This document shows positions 25,003 through 36,400 of a stretch of DNA of 64,000 bases, one piece after another. Origin of the DNA: Octopus sinensis (Eukaryota); NCBI RefSeq assembly GCF_006345805.1, contig NC_043025.1, positions 14,260,001 to 14,324,000 of the forward strand. Reading direction: 5' to 3'. Position 1 is the stretch's first letter; each line of letters starts with the position of its first letter. The position numbers and the translations under genes are program-made. The notes under the pieces are model-generated. The model worked only from the letters and a program-made list of their open reading frames with translations. It was not told the DNA's origin and did no database searches.

Positions 25003-25432
25003 GCTTGGCTGTGTGGTAAGAAGCTTGCTTATCAACCACATGGTTCTGGGTTCAGTCCCACTGTGTGGCATTTTGGACAAGCATCTTCTAGCATAGCGTC
25101 AGGCTGACCAAAGCATTGTGAGTGGATTTGGTAGACGGAAACTGAAAGAAGCCCCTTGTACATATACACACGCATGCACATGTGTGTGTGCGGGCATGTC
25201 TCTGTGGTAAGAAGCTTGCGGTAAGCTGGCAGAAATGTTAGCACGCCAGTCGAAATGCTTAGTGGCATTTCGTCTGTCTTTACGTTCCGAGTTCAAATTC
25301 CGCAAAGTCGACTTTGCCTTTCATCCTTTCGGGGTCGATTAAATAAGTACCAGTTACGCACTGGGGTCGATATAATCGACTTAACATGTTTGTCTGTCTC
25401 CTCTGTGTGTAGCCCCTTGTGGGCACTAAAAA
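25003..25432 (+). mobile_element. Family A 5' half (25003-25160) followed by family B (25222-25432)
   Basis: Match to family consensus. Confidence 0.8.
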
Positions 25433-25454
25433 AATTTTTAAATAAGAATCTTGC

Positions 25455-26295
25455 TTCTCAATCACATGGTTGTGGGTTCAGTCCCACTGTGTGGCACCTT
25501 GAGCAAGTGTTTTCTACTGTAGCCTCGGGCCAGCCAAATCCTTGTGAGTGGATTTGGTAGATGGAAACTGAAAGCCAGTCGTGTCAGGAGCATGCATAGC
25601 TATGTGGTAAGAAGCTTACTTACCAACCACATGGTTCCAGGTTCAGTCCCACTGTGTGGCATCTTGGGCAAGTGTCTTCAGCTATACCCTCAGGCTGACC
25701 AAATCCTTGTGAATGGATTTGGTAGACGGAAACTGAAAGAAGCCAGTCGTGTCAGGCGCAGGCATAGCTATGTGGTAAGAAGGTTGATTACCAACTACAT
25801 GGTCCCAGGTTCATTTCCACTGTGTGGCACCTTGAGCAAGTATCTTCTACTGTAGCCTCGGGCCAGCCAAATCCTTGTGAGTGAATTTGGTAGACAGAAA
25901 CTGAAAGAAGCCAGTCGTGTCAGGCGCAGGCATAGCTATGTGGTAAGAAGCTTGATTACCAACTACATGGTCCCAGGTTCATTTCCACTGTGTGGCACCT
26001 TGAGCAAGTATCTTCTACTGTAGCCTTGGGCCAGCCAAATCCTTGTGAGTGGAATTTGGTAGACAGAAACTGAAAGAAGCCAGTCGTGTCAGGCGCAGGC
26101 ATAGCTATGTGGTAAGAAGCTTGCTTACCAACTACATGGTCCCAGGTTCATTTCCACTGTGTGGCACCTTGAGCAAGTATCTTCTACTGTAGCCTCGGGC
26201 CAGCCAAATCCTTGTGAGTGAATTTGGTAGACAGAAACTGAAAGAAGCCAGTCGTGTCAGGCGCAGGCATAGCTATGTTGTAAGAAGCTTGTTTC
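25455..26295 (+). repeat. Head-to-tail 168-bp satellite of the family A 5' half (about 5 units)
   Basis: gtgtcagg junction at 25581, 25749, 25917, 26086 and 26254. Confidence 0.92.
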
Positions 26296-26424
26296 CTAAA
26301 CACGACTGTGGGAAATCTACGGCAAACAAGACGTTCTCCCAATAGGGGCATATTTGCGGCTGGGGACCGCTAGGGAACTGCCTATTCCCAAGATCCTTCA
26401 AACATTCCTCATGTAATAGATAAT

Positions 26425-26757
26425 AATTGTTGATTCCCAGACCGGGCGTTGTGAGTGTTTATTGAGCAAAAACACCTAAAAGCTCCACGAGGCTCCGGCA
26501 GTGGGGGGGGGGGGGTGATCCCTGCTGTACTCTTTCACCACAACTTTCTCTCACTCTTACTTCCTGTTTCTATTGTACCTGTATTTCAAAGGGCCGGCCT
26601 TGTCACTCTCTGTGTCACGCTGAATATCCCCGAGAACTGCGTTAAGGGTACACGTGTCTGTGGAGTGCTCAGCCACTTACACGTTAATTTCACGAGCAGG
26701 CTGTTCCGTTGATCGGATCAACCGGAGCCCTCGTCGTCGTAACCGACGGAGTGCTTC
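26425..26757 (+). mobile_element. SINE family R2 (shares its 5' body with R1, different 3' half), head missing
   Basis: gaccgggcgttgtgagtgttt..aacacctaa..gctccggca..ctctttcaccacaactttctctcactctt is shared with the 11500-11812 element. Confidence 0.72.
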
Positions 26758-27521
26758 CATGACCAATAATTGTTGTCTATTACTTTGCCTGGAAACAAGT
26801 GAGGATTGGTGACAGGAAGGGCATCCGGCTGGGGGAAAATTTCATCTCAACAAATATCTGTTGGACCGACTGACTGATGCAAGCCTGGGAAAGTGGACAT
26901 TGAGCGATGATGATGATGGTGATATGCTTGTGGTTGAAACGGTTTTGACCATAGATCTACCAAACCAAGGACTAAATGACCAGGACTGAATGACATCATT
27001 AGTGACCAGAAGAGTGAGGGGTGGGGAGGAAAAAGATTACATAATCAGACAGGAGAGATTGAGGACACACAGACATGAGAGGGAAAATTGATGATAACAG
27101 CGATGATGATGATGATGTATGTCTGGTTTCAAACAGGTTTAGCATGTTGGTAGTTAATAGAGAGATGGAGTATGAGTGAGGGAATGAGTGAGTGAGTGAG
27201 AGTGAGTGAATGAGTGTAATCGAATGTGAGTGAGAAAGTGAATGAGTGAATGTGTGTGTGTGAGAGTGTGAGTGTGTGTAGCTGACAGGAAATAGCTCAA
27301 TGAGGTCATTTAATGCACGATTGCTTCCCAGCTATTTGATCTCTGTTAAACTCAATCGCTAAAGGTACAAGGACACCCAGCCGAAAAGGTCAAATCAAGA
27401 ACACACCCCACCAAAAAAAAAAGAAAAGAAAAGAAAAAAAACAAGAACCGGGAGAAGGGAGAAAAGCAAACAAGAAGGGACAGAGAGATTCTGAACCAAT
27501 TGCAAAGCAATTAACCTGTAG

Positions 27522-27705
27522 TGAGCGAGCCATTCGTGGTTCCATCTGCGCAGACCGACCACCTATGGACCTGAGAGTTTGGAGAGGTCCTCCTTTATCG
27601 TCATTGCCCAGGTCTTCAGCTGCCTACCCGTGCACTTGCGCCAACTGGGGAGTGGAGGTGGGAAGAGGACATCGCAAAGCAGCTCACCCTAACCCTGGGC
27701 ATCTA
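27522..27705 (-). mobile_element. RTE-clade LINE ORF C-terminal remnant
   Basis: Minus strand ELLCDVLFPPPLPSWRKCTGRQLKTWAMTIKEDLSKLSGP*VVGLRRWNHEWL; homologous to the 42459 fragment; in-frame stop. Confidence 0.72.
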
Positions 27706-27929
27706 GGAGTGTGGTAACTCCCAAAATAAAAACTGGTTGAGAGCAAAGGGGACATTTATATTTTTTGTCCCATCAAAGACATATATACACAGAACCAACT
27801 GCCCACCCAGGAATAAGATATATATATATATATATATAAGGATAGAGGTCCTTCCCGAGATGGTTTCCAGGTTTCTCTGGGGAATATCCTCCTTCCCTGG
27901 ATGGGGCACTAGTCTGTCTCAGGGTTACT

Positions 27930-28078
27930 AACTTTTCCCAGCTGAATGAAGAGGAACAATGCAAAATTAGGTGTTTTGCTCAAGAGCACAACACGAAAGC
28001 CTGGTTCAGGAATTGAAACCACAATTTTACGATCATGAGTCTAACACCCCCTAACCACTAAGCCACGGTAACTCCAAA
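27930..28078 (-). mobile_element. Family K CORE-type SINE head; another degenerate minus-strand copy at 38335-38500
   Basis: Minus strand tggcttagtggttagg..gtttcaattcc..gtgttgtgctcttgagcaaaacac. Confidence 0.65.
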
Positions 28079-28344
28079 AATATGTGGTCAGAGAAAGAAG
28101 ACTTTTTTTTTTGTGTGTGTGTCAGTCACGGATAAATTGAACTGCACCAGAGACAATGGTGTATGGGAGTGTAGTAACTCCTGTTGCAGATGAAGACGTC
28201 CATAGTAACTAAGATGACCAGTTTTCTCTTCGGTTGATGTGTGACAAAAAAACGAAGGGCCACAATGAATAGGGAGATTATGGGAGACCTATTCACTCTG
28301 TACCAACATTGAAGGGCTGACAAAACGTTTATGATTACGACAGA

Positions 28345-28640
28345 GGGAACCTTGTATGTGGGAGTTCAAAATGCTGCAAATAACAGCCAAATTCCCACAA
28401 ATCATACCATACCAGCTTTAAATAACATGAAGGGCACATGGCAGGGCCCTAAAAATATGTAAAACGATAGAAAGGTCATAGCTTGAATGTACTAGTGTAA
28501 GTCTGTCGTATCACAGGTGACAGAGTTAAAACAAGGAAAGGCACATTAGATAATGTAATCCGAGATACACTGTGTCTGAATAAAAGACAGGATGGTCACA
28601 GCTGGAATGTCTGATCATAGGTCTTGATAACAACAAGGAA
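28345..28640 (+). mobile_element. Degenerate family E (head and tail)
   Basis: aaataacagccaaattccc and cattagataatgtaatccgagatacac..gacaggatggtcacagctgg. Confidence 0.68.
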
Positions 28641-29117
28641 GTAGACTCCCGTAAACAATGTGGCACATTCGCAAACAACATAGGCACACACATGTGGCAT
28701 CAACAAAATTTGCAGCCACATGCACACAACCAGCACATCACACACCTGCAACATGTTGCATCTGCAAACTTCACAGACACCCACACACACACGCACACAC
28801 AGAGCTTCCTCAAAATTCACACACACACACATCCAAAAGACTGCATACATATCCGCAAACACTGCAGACACACACACACACCATAGCTTCACTTTTCTCT
28901 CCCTGACACCCACCGCCAAACCCAGGAAGTGGTTTAGTAAACTAACAGAGAGGGTAAGCTAAAATTAAATTGAACTATAAAAAAAAAAATATATAACGGC
29001 CCATGATCCAATTTCTGGGGTATCTGGGACGGACGTTATCTAATGCATCCATCATCTTAAATAAGTTTTTAAAAATACTTTTAGAAGCTGCTCTCAATAG
29101 TTTCTACAATAATACCA

Positions 29118-29274
29118 TATAGGCATAGGAGTGGCTGTGTGGTAAGTAGCTTGCTTACCAACCACATAGTTCTGGGTTCAGTCCCACTGCATGGCACCTT
29201 GGGCAAGTGTCTTCTACTATAGCTTGTGAGTGGATTTGGTAGATGGAAACTGAAAGAAGCCCGTCATATATATA

Positions 29275-29317
<43 letters not shown>

Positions 29318-29712
29318 TATATATTACTTTATTTAAAGCAGCAAAAAATTCAACAAAACCTGTTACTCTGAGTTTCACGTTCCCGTTCGTCGGACAGCAA
29401 GTGTCTTCTACTATAGCCTCGGGCCGACCAAAGCATCGTGAGTGAATTTGGTAGACGGAAACTGAAAGAAGCCCGTCGTATATATGTATGTGTGTGTATA
29501 TGTTTGTGTGTCTGTGTTTGTCCCCCCAACATCACTTGACAACCAATGCTGGTGTGTTTACATCCCCGTAACTTAATGGTTCGGCAAAAGAGACTGTTAG
29601 AATAAGTACTAGGCTTACAAAGAATAAGTCATGGGGTCGATATGTTTGACTAAAAGTGGTGCTGCAGCATGGCCACAGTCAAATGACCGAAACAAGTAAA
29701 AGAGTGAGTAAA
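29118..29712 (+). mobile_element. Family A with a partial internal duplication flanking a 75-bp insert
   Basis: A 5' half and (TA)n, insert at 29323-29398, then A restarts at caagtgtcttc (29398) and runs to the tail. Confidence 0.8.
29360..29397 (-). ncRNA. Minimal type-I hammerhead ribozyme motif (U4C core variant)
   Basis: Minus strand CTGT-CCGACGA-ACG(GGAA)CGT-GAA-ACTC(A)GAGT-A|ACAG: stem I 4 bp, stem II 3 bp with GNRA loop, palindromic stem III, GUA cleavage triplet. Confidence 0.7.
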
Positions 29713-30119
29713 GAGCTAATTTATGTTCCATACACCAGATTAATTAATTAGTGACAAAGCTAATTTACTAAATTCTTCGTTATTTACAAAGGCAGGGAGT
29801 CTCAACAGAAATTAGCCCATCAAAAAGGGTTTAATTAAGGAGGAAATAAAAATAGCCTTGGTGGGGGTGGGGCAAGAAATTAAATAATTTAAAAATTTAA
29901 AAAAACAAACTCTCAAAACCTTATTTTAACGAAAGAAGACAGACTTGTCCACTGTGCACACCCGTTTCCCACCCCTGTATTCAATCTCCATGGCGCCCTG
30001 CCCTCTTACACGATGCACAATAGACAATTGGGTAATGATTAGAGGAAGAATTTGACTTATTTCTAGCAGGTGGAGGGAGCTACCAAACCACAGACTTCAC
30101 TGCATCAGCGTCAACTCTG

Positions 30120-30227
30120 CTAGTAGTAGTAGTAGTAGTAGGGTGATGATAGTAGTAGTGATGGTTGTGGTAGTAGTGGTGGTGGTAATAGTTATGGTAG
30201 TGGTGGTAGTATTAATGAATGATGTTT

Positions 30228-30258
<31 letters not shown>

Positions 30259-30480
30259 CAGCCGCAGCAGCAGTAGTAGTAGTAGTAGCAGCAGCAGCAG
30301 TAGTAGTAGTAGTAGCAGCAGCAGCAGTAGTAGTAGTAGCAGCAGTAGTTGTAGTAGTAGTTATATAACAGATGGCGTAATACAAGGTAGGGCAGTGGTA
30401 GTGCTGACGGTGGTAGTAGCAATAATAATAACAATAATACTAGTAGTAGTAGTAGTAGCAGCCGCAGCCACGGCAGCAGC
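30120..30480. repeat. (GTA)n/(GCA)n/(GTG)n trinucleotide tract
   Basis: Direct inspection. Confidence 0.9.
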
Positions 30481-30767
30481 GGTTCCATCCATCCTTTCAC
30501 TTATAGAGTTTAGTGTTTTTTTCCTAAGCTAAAAAAGCAAACAGACATTTCTTTTGCAAGTCAGCAATAAAAACAAAAACTGGCAACGAAGAAGAAGAAG
30601 AAGAAGACGACCTGGGAACTGAAGAAGAAGACCCGGCTGTCTGAGATGCCAGACATATTTCAGTCAGTCACCTGACTACAACAAGACAGATGGGAAAAGG
30701 GGGGGGGGGTGGCGAGGAGAGGATGGCGGTGGGGGTGTAGGAAATGGAGTTGCATAGCATTTTGTTT

Positions 30768-31404
30768 ACTCTTTTACACTTGTTTCAGTCATTTGACTGC
30801 GGCCATGCTGGAGCACCGCCTTTTTTTAGTCGATTGAATCGACCCCCAGGACTTATTCTTTGTAAAGCCTAGGACACTTATTCTATCGGGTCCCTTTTGC
30901 CGAACTGCTACGTTATGGGGGGACGTAAACACACCAGCATCGGTTGTCAATCGATGTTGGGTAGGGGGGGACAAACAAAGACACACAAACATATATATAC
31001 TCTTTTACTTGTTTCAGTCATTTTGACTGCGGCCATGCTGGAGCACCGCCTTTAATCGAGCAACTCGACCCCGGGACTTATTCTTTTGTAAGCCCAGTAC
31101 TTATTCTATCGGTCTCTTTTGCCGAACCGCTAAGTTACGGGGACATAAACACACCAGCATCGGTTGTCAAGCAATGCTAGGGGGACAAACACAGACACAC
31201 AAACACACATACATACATATATATATATGCATACATATATACGACTGGCTTCATTCAGTTTCCGTCTACCAAATCCAATCACAAGGCTTTGGTCAGCCTG
31301 AGGCTATAGTAGAAGACACTTGCCCAAGGTACCACGCAGTGGGACTGAACCCGGAACCATGTGGTTGGTAAGCAAGCTACTTACCACACAGCCACTCCTG
31401 CGCC
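30768..31404 (-). mobile_element. Family A 3' half (30768-30990) plus full-length family A (30998-31404)
   Basis: Two successive cttgtttcagtcatttgactgcggcc tails. Confidence 0.86.
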
Positions 31405-31424
31405 TTATTATTATCATTACTATA

Positions 31425-31810
31425 ATTCTGAGTTCAAATTTCACTGAGGTCAACTGTACTTTTCATCCATTCGGGGGTTGATAAAATAAGTACCAGTTGA
31501 ACACTGGGGGTCGATATAATCAACTTACTCCTCACTCAAAATTTCAGGCCCTGTGCCTACAGGGGACAGAATTATCATCATCATCATCATCATTGAAAGC
31601 AGCAAGTTGGCAGAACTGTTAGCATTGCCAGGCAAGTTGCTTAGAGGCATTTCAGTTATCTTTGCATTCTGGGTTCAAATTCCACTAAGGTCAACTTTGC
31701 CTTTCACCCTTTCAGGGTCAATAAAATAAGACCTAGTGGGACACTGGGGATTGATGTAACTGACTAGCCCCATCTCACAAAATTCCAGAGGTTGTGCCCT
31801 CAGTAGAAAG
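31425..31810 (+). mobile_element. Two degenerate family B copies
   Basis: gagttcaaatt..gaggtcaact..tttca(t/c)cc..ggggt..ataaaataag twice. Confidence 0.7.
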
Positions 31811-31837
31811 GCCTATTATTATTATTATTATTATTAT

Positions 31838-32393
31838 TGAGTGAGAGAGCAGTGCATGCCATCAAAGTGACACTGGGGTACAAATATACGAAGCCCAGTA
31901 TACCCATAATGACTACCCGTCTGATAAGGGTACACCAGGCACATGCATCACAACCATATGTGCGCGACATAGTGATCTCATATCAAGATAAACTGCGCAT
32001 GACCTTGCAGGTGGGGCCCAGTTAGAATTTTTTTCAAGTTGAGTAACCCATCCCGCTCAAAAGATCCCTGAATAAGGGTTGTTTAAGGGTGTTGAACGAA
32101 ACACCCATGTTTCCAGAGTTGAATTATCCAAACCCCAAAGAATTCCTCTCAACACATGGCTATGATGCTCCCCCACTACTTCTGCTCGTGATCAGAGATG
32201 CACATATCGTCAGCCACTAAGGGACATGCTCAACTGGTTAAGGTCAAACAACTGACAAGCAAATCTGTGGTATTGAGCAGAATATTTGCTGTAGGCCATC
32301 TTTTATACCAAGACAAAACAATGTACATGATAACACTTCCAATCAGTTAAGATCAGAAGCCATGAGAGCCAGTGCCTGGTACAGCATCAGGGC

Positions 32394-32394
<1 letters not shown>
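31838..32394. mobile_element. Family C, 557 bp, TG...CA ends, inserted in (ATT)n
   Basis: attattat|TGAGTGAGAGAG...GCATCAGGGCA|tttattatt. Confidence 0.85.
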
Positions 32395-32426
<32 letters not shown>

Positions 32427-32782
32427 CATTATTATTATTTAATCTTTGTCTTCCTTTAAAACCCAGGCTTCTTGTCTCCGACAGCTCTCGGTCTCCTTTG
32501 AAAGGGAATGAATGAATGAAAGAAGTTATTACTGTTAAGTAGATTAATTTTGGAGGGGAGGGGTTAATGCTAAAGGCGGGGGTGGAGTGAGGGTGGAGGG
32601 TGGCTGTGACAGAAAATGGAAGAAAGGGGTGTGAAGTGAAAGAGACATTACGGTGAAATCGGATGATGAAAGGGGTCGATGGATGCTAAGACAGCTTATG
32701 ATGCGGATGTGTGCATGCGTGTGCACACATATGCACAGCTGCATACGTGTGTGTGCACACACTGTACATACACACAGGAATA

Positions 32783-32813
<31 letters not shown>

Positions 32814-33214
32814 CGTGCGTACATACATACATAGACACAGACATGTATAATACATATACAGATATATACATATGTATACACACATATACACACACAAATA
32901 ATATATGTGCAAATACACACATACACACACATATATACACACGTGCACACATATGCATACACACACACACACAAATAATATGTGCATATGCACACACGTG
33001 CACACATGCATACACACACAAATAATATGTGCATATACACACATATATATACACATGCACACACATATGCATACACACAAACATATATATATATATGCAC
33101 ACACACACACACAGACACAAATATATATGCACACACACAATCCTAGAATAAGGTTTATAGTATGAAAGAAGGGGTCAGACAAGCAGAAGTGGGGCCAGCT
33201 CCAAGCAATATTAA

Positions 33215-33422
33215 ACCTTTTGTTCCCAGTATTTCTCTTGAAACACAATGCCTTCAGTTTTAATTAATTTCGAAAATAACGAAGCACTTGCCAATTAATC
33301 TGTTGTTTGGAACATTAAATTAACGAAGTTTTAATGAAAGGGTTTTCTTTTCAGTCCTGTAAAGCAATTTGTTTCATAGGACCAGTGGGGGGGTGGTCTC
33401 AGATGGATTGATATCAAGAGGG
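33215..33422. mobile_element. piggyBac-like MITE with TTAA flanks; related fragments at 29720-29790, 35737-35790, 37060-37160, 46970-47104 and 47240-47380
   Basis: TTAA|(a)ccttttg ... caagaggg|TTAA. Confidence 0.68.
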
Positions 33423-34049
33423 TTAAGACAAATATGATGGAACCTCAATCAGACAATTTGGATATTTTTGTGTCCTTATATTTTCGAACAGGGGTTAGTA
33501 TTGTAGAGCCAGGCAGGATCTCCGCACACAGGTTCGATCAAACCACTAGTCTCTTTGGATTAGCTTTTAAGTGGCTGAGTACCTCTCAGGCATGTATCTA
33601 TGATAAAAAAAATCCAAAAAGGAAAGAAAACAATCCTGTGGTGGGATTGAACCCAGAAATGGAAGACTGTAGCGCTAACTCCTTAACCACACCACCACAC
33701 TAGTACAAAACACTTAATCTTTAGAAGAGAGAGAGGTGATAATGTTAATCCAAGCTAATCGGATTAGCTCATCACAAGATCTAATTAGCCTCAAGACAGG
33801 GGAGTGAGCCAGCAATCTGACAGGGGGGGTTAGGGGTCAACCAACAAGGTCTTCCGTTGCCATGTAGTAGTTGTCAAGAACAGAGCAGGGTAAGGTGTAG
33901 GGGACAGGGTAAAGTGTAGGGGACAGGGTAAGGTGTTGGGGAGAGGACACGGCGTCAGGGAGAGGGGGGAGTAATTAGGTAACGAGCTTGTGTTGATGAT
34001 GCTAACGATGCATGTCAGTCGGTCTATCTGCACTGCAATTATCTCTCTC

Positions 34050-34612
34050 ACTTCTCTCAGTCATCTAACTGCAGCCATGCTGGAGCAACATGTTGAATTT
34101 TTAGTCAAATGAATCGCCCCCCCCCAGTACTTTTATCCTGTCTTTTCTTTTTTTTTAAAGCCTGGTACTTATTTTATTGGTCTCTTTTGCTGAACTGCTA
34201 AGTTAGAGGCACATCAGCATACCAACACTAGTCAAGGTGTGTGGGGGGTGGAACAAAGGCACACATGATGGGTTTCTTTCAGTTTCTGTAAACCAAATCC
34301 ACGCTGTCGCCATGCACGAGGCACCCACACTGGCTCCACACGAGACACCCGCACTAGCGCCATGCATGAGGCACCCGCGCTGGCATCACACATGAGGCAC
34401 CTGGGCTGGTTCCACTAAAAAGCAGCCATGCTCATGCCACGCAAAAAGTACCCCATACACTCTGCAAAGTGGTTGGCATCAGGAAGGGCATCCGACAGTC
34501 ACAGGACCCATGCCAAGAGACAACAGAACCCTGGTGCAGCTCCCTTGCTGGGCAACACCTGTCTGACCATCCGATCCCTTTCAGCATGGAAGACAGACAT
34601 TAAACGATGACG
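34050..34612. mobile_element. Degenerate family A 3' half (minus, 34050-34310) and family D (plus, 34310-34612)
   Basis: cagtcatctaactgcagccatgctggagc; ttggcatcaggaagggcatcc..cagcatggaagacagacattaaacgatg. Confidence 0.65.
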
Positions 34613-34987
34613 TTACACACACACCCAAACATATAGACTGAACATTCAAATGTCATCAGCCTGTTGTGTGTACGTAAGCCAGTCAGTCTTAGATTCCAGC
34701 CAACAGAGTAGAGAGCATTTGATAAAATATACACCCACTTCACGACACATGAACCTAATTATTATTTACACAGGGACACATGACTTTAAACACCCTTCAA
34801 ACACTACACACAAATTGGTATGTTTAACTCTTAAATTATAGATGTTATCAACATCATCATTATTACATTCCTACAATAACAGACACATGACCACTGTATG
34901 TGTTTATATGTGTGTGTATATGTATGCACACACCAAGCTTCAACTAGATAACTTTACAAGATATATATATATATATATATATATATA

Positions 34988-35381
34988 CTAGAAGTATCGC
35001 CTGGCGTTGCTCGGGTTTGTTTCGACCCTTTAGAATTGGAATTTTTGAAAAGTAAAAATTTTGCATTATGTAGCTTGTTATTCTCTTTAAGTGAACATTT
35101 TTCTGGTTGAAATACACCGAAAAATGGTGACACAGCAGTCAAAACATCGTTAAAAATATAGGGATTTTCATAGAAAACAAGCACCTTTTTGATGTAAATA
35201 ATTTTTGGTGTTAACATGGTCCAATTTGAATTTTTTTTCTTCTACGGAAGGAAGAGCAAGCCTTCTTCTATCATACTCTCAATTTTGGTCAACTTGTGTC
35301 GCAGGGTCTCGGAGGAGACAGTGTTAGTTGAAGGCTACCAAACCTGCCATACACAGACAACTTCAGCTTTATATAGAGAGA
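34988..35381 (-). mobile_element. Non-autonomous Helitron, subfamily 1
   Basis: Minus strand 5'-TC(TCTATATAAAGCTGAAG)...CCCGAGCAACGCCAGG hairpin-CGATACTTCTAG-3', inserted between A and T; copy at 44821. Confidence 0.8.
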
Positions 35382-36064
35382 TTTATAAATTATCCTCCAT
35401 GTTAAGTTAGTTTAATCGTGATACATCACTCGCCGCCACCGAGTTGGGTGCTAGGCATAACAGCTACTTAAAGGAAGGGGCTGCGAAAAAGAAAAAAAAA
35501 AAAAATTAAGAACCCTTGATTTAGACTAAGGGAGCACCTACCCTGACTGATGCTGAGAAGGAAAGGACATGGGAATGTTATTAAGCGAGTCAACAGAGGG
35601 GAATGCACACAAGGAAGGGAGAGAGAGAAGGGACTACTTGACAAAGGGACCAGCCACTGATGTTAATAGCTGTAAGCCTGAAAATGCAATTAAGGATATG
35701 AAGAAAGAGAAAGCAGCTGTTTTAACAGGGGCAGTCATTAACCCTTCTGTTACTATATTTCTGGGGAGATGTACAGCCTTTATTTCATCATAAACTTAAA
35801 TACAGAGATCCCTAAAAACTAACCCTAACCCTACGACACCTCTGTATTTAAGCAGAGCCCATTTAACATCCATTTTCCATGCTGGTATGGGTTGGACAGC
35901 TTGACAGGAATTGGCAAGGCCAGAGGCCACACCAGGTCCCATGGTCTGTTTTGGCTTGGTTCCTTCAACCAGCTTCCAGGAATGGGTTTAATATGCAAAT
36001 TGGTTTACATCATTTACATTTGACAGATATTTGTCCTCATCTTGTTTGTTGTTAACACATTTCG

Positions 36065-36394
36065 CGGCCTCGTGCCGGTGGCACGTAAAATGCACCATCC
36101 ATTCGTGGCCGTTGCCAGCCTCGCCTGGCCCCCGTGCTGGTAGCACATAAAAAGCACCATCCGATAATGGCCGTTTGCCAGACTCGTCTGGCACCTGTGC
36201 CGGTGGCACATAAAAAGCACCCACTACACTCACGGAGTGGTTGGCGTTAGGAAGGGCATCCAGCCGTAGAAACATTGCCAGATCAGACTGGAGCCTGGTG
36301 CAGCCTTCTGGCTTCCCAGACCCCAGTTGAACCGTCCAACCCATGCTAGCATGGAAAGCGGACGCTAAACGATGATGATGATGATGATGATGAT
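36065..36394 (+). mobile_element. Family D, well preserved, three GCCGGTGGCACGTAAAAAGCACC modules
   Basis: Modules at ~36073, 36133 and 36198, then ggaagggcatccagccgtag and a (GAT)n tail. Confidence 0.85.
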
Positions 36395-36400
36395 AACAGC

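Noticed and set aside
25455-26295. CRISPR-like appearance of regular arrays (also 13962-14705 and 60235-61640)
   Set aside because: Units repeat in full with no unique spacers and no cas genes; eukaryotic satellites
30068-30145. Plus-strand acceptor followed by GGSYQTTDFTASASTLLVVVVVVG*
   Set aside because: The hydrophobic end is just (GTA)n; no supporting upstream exons
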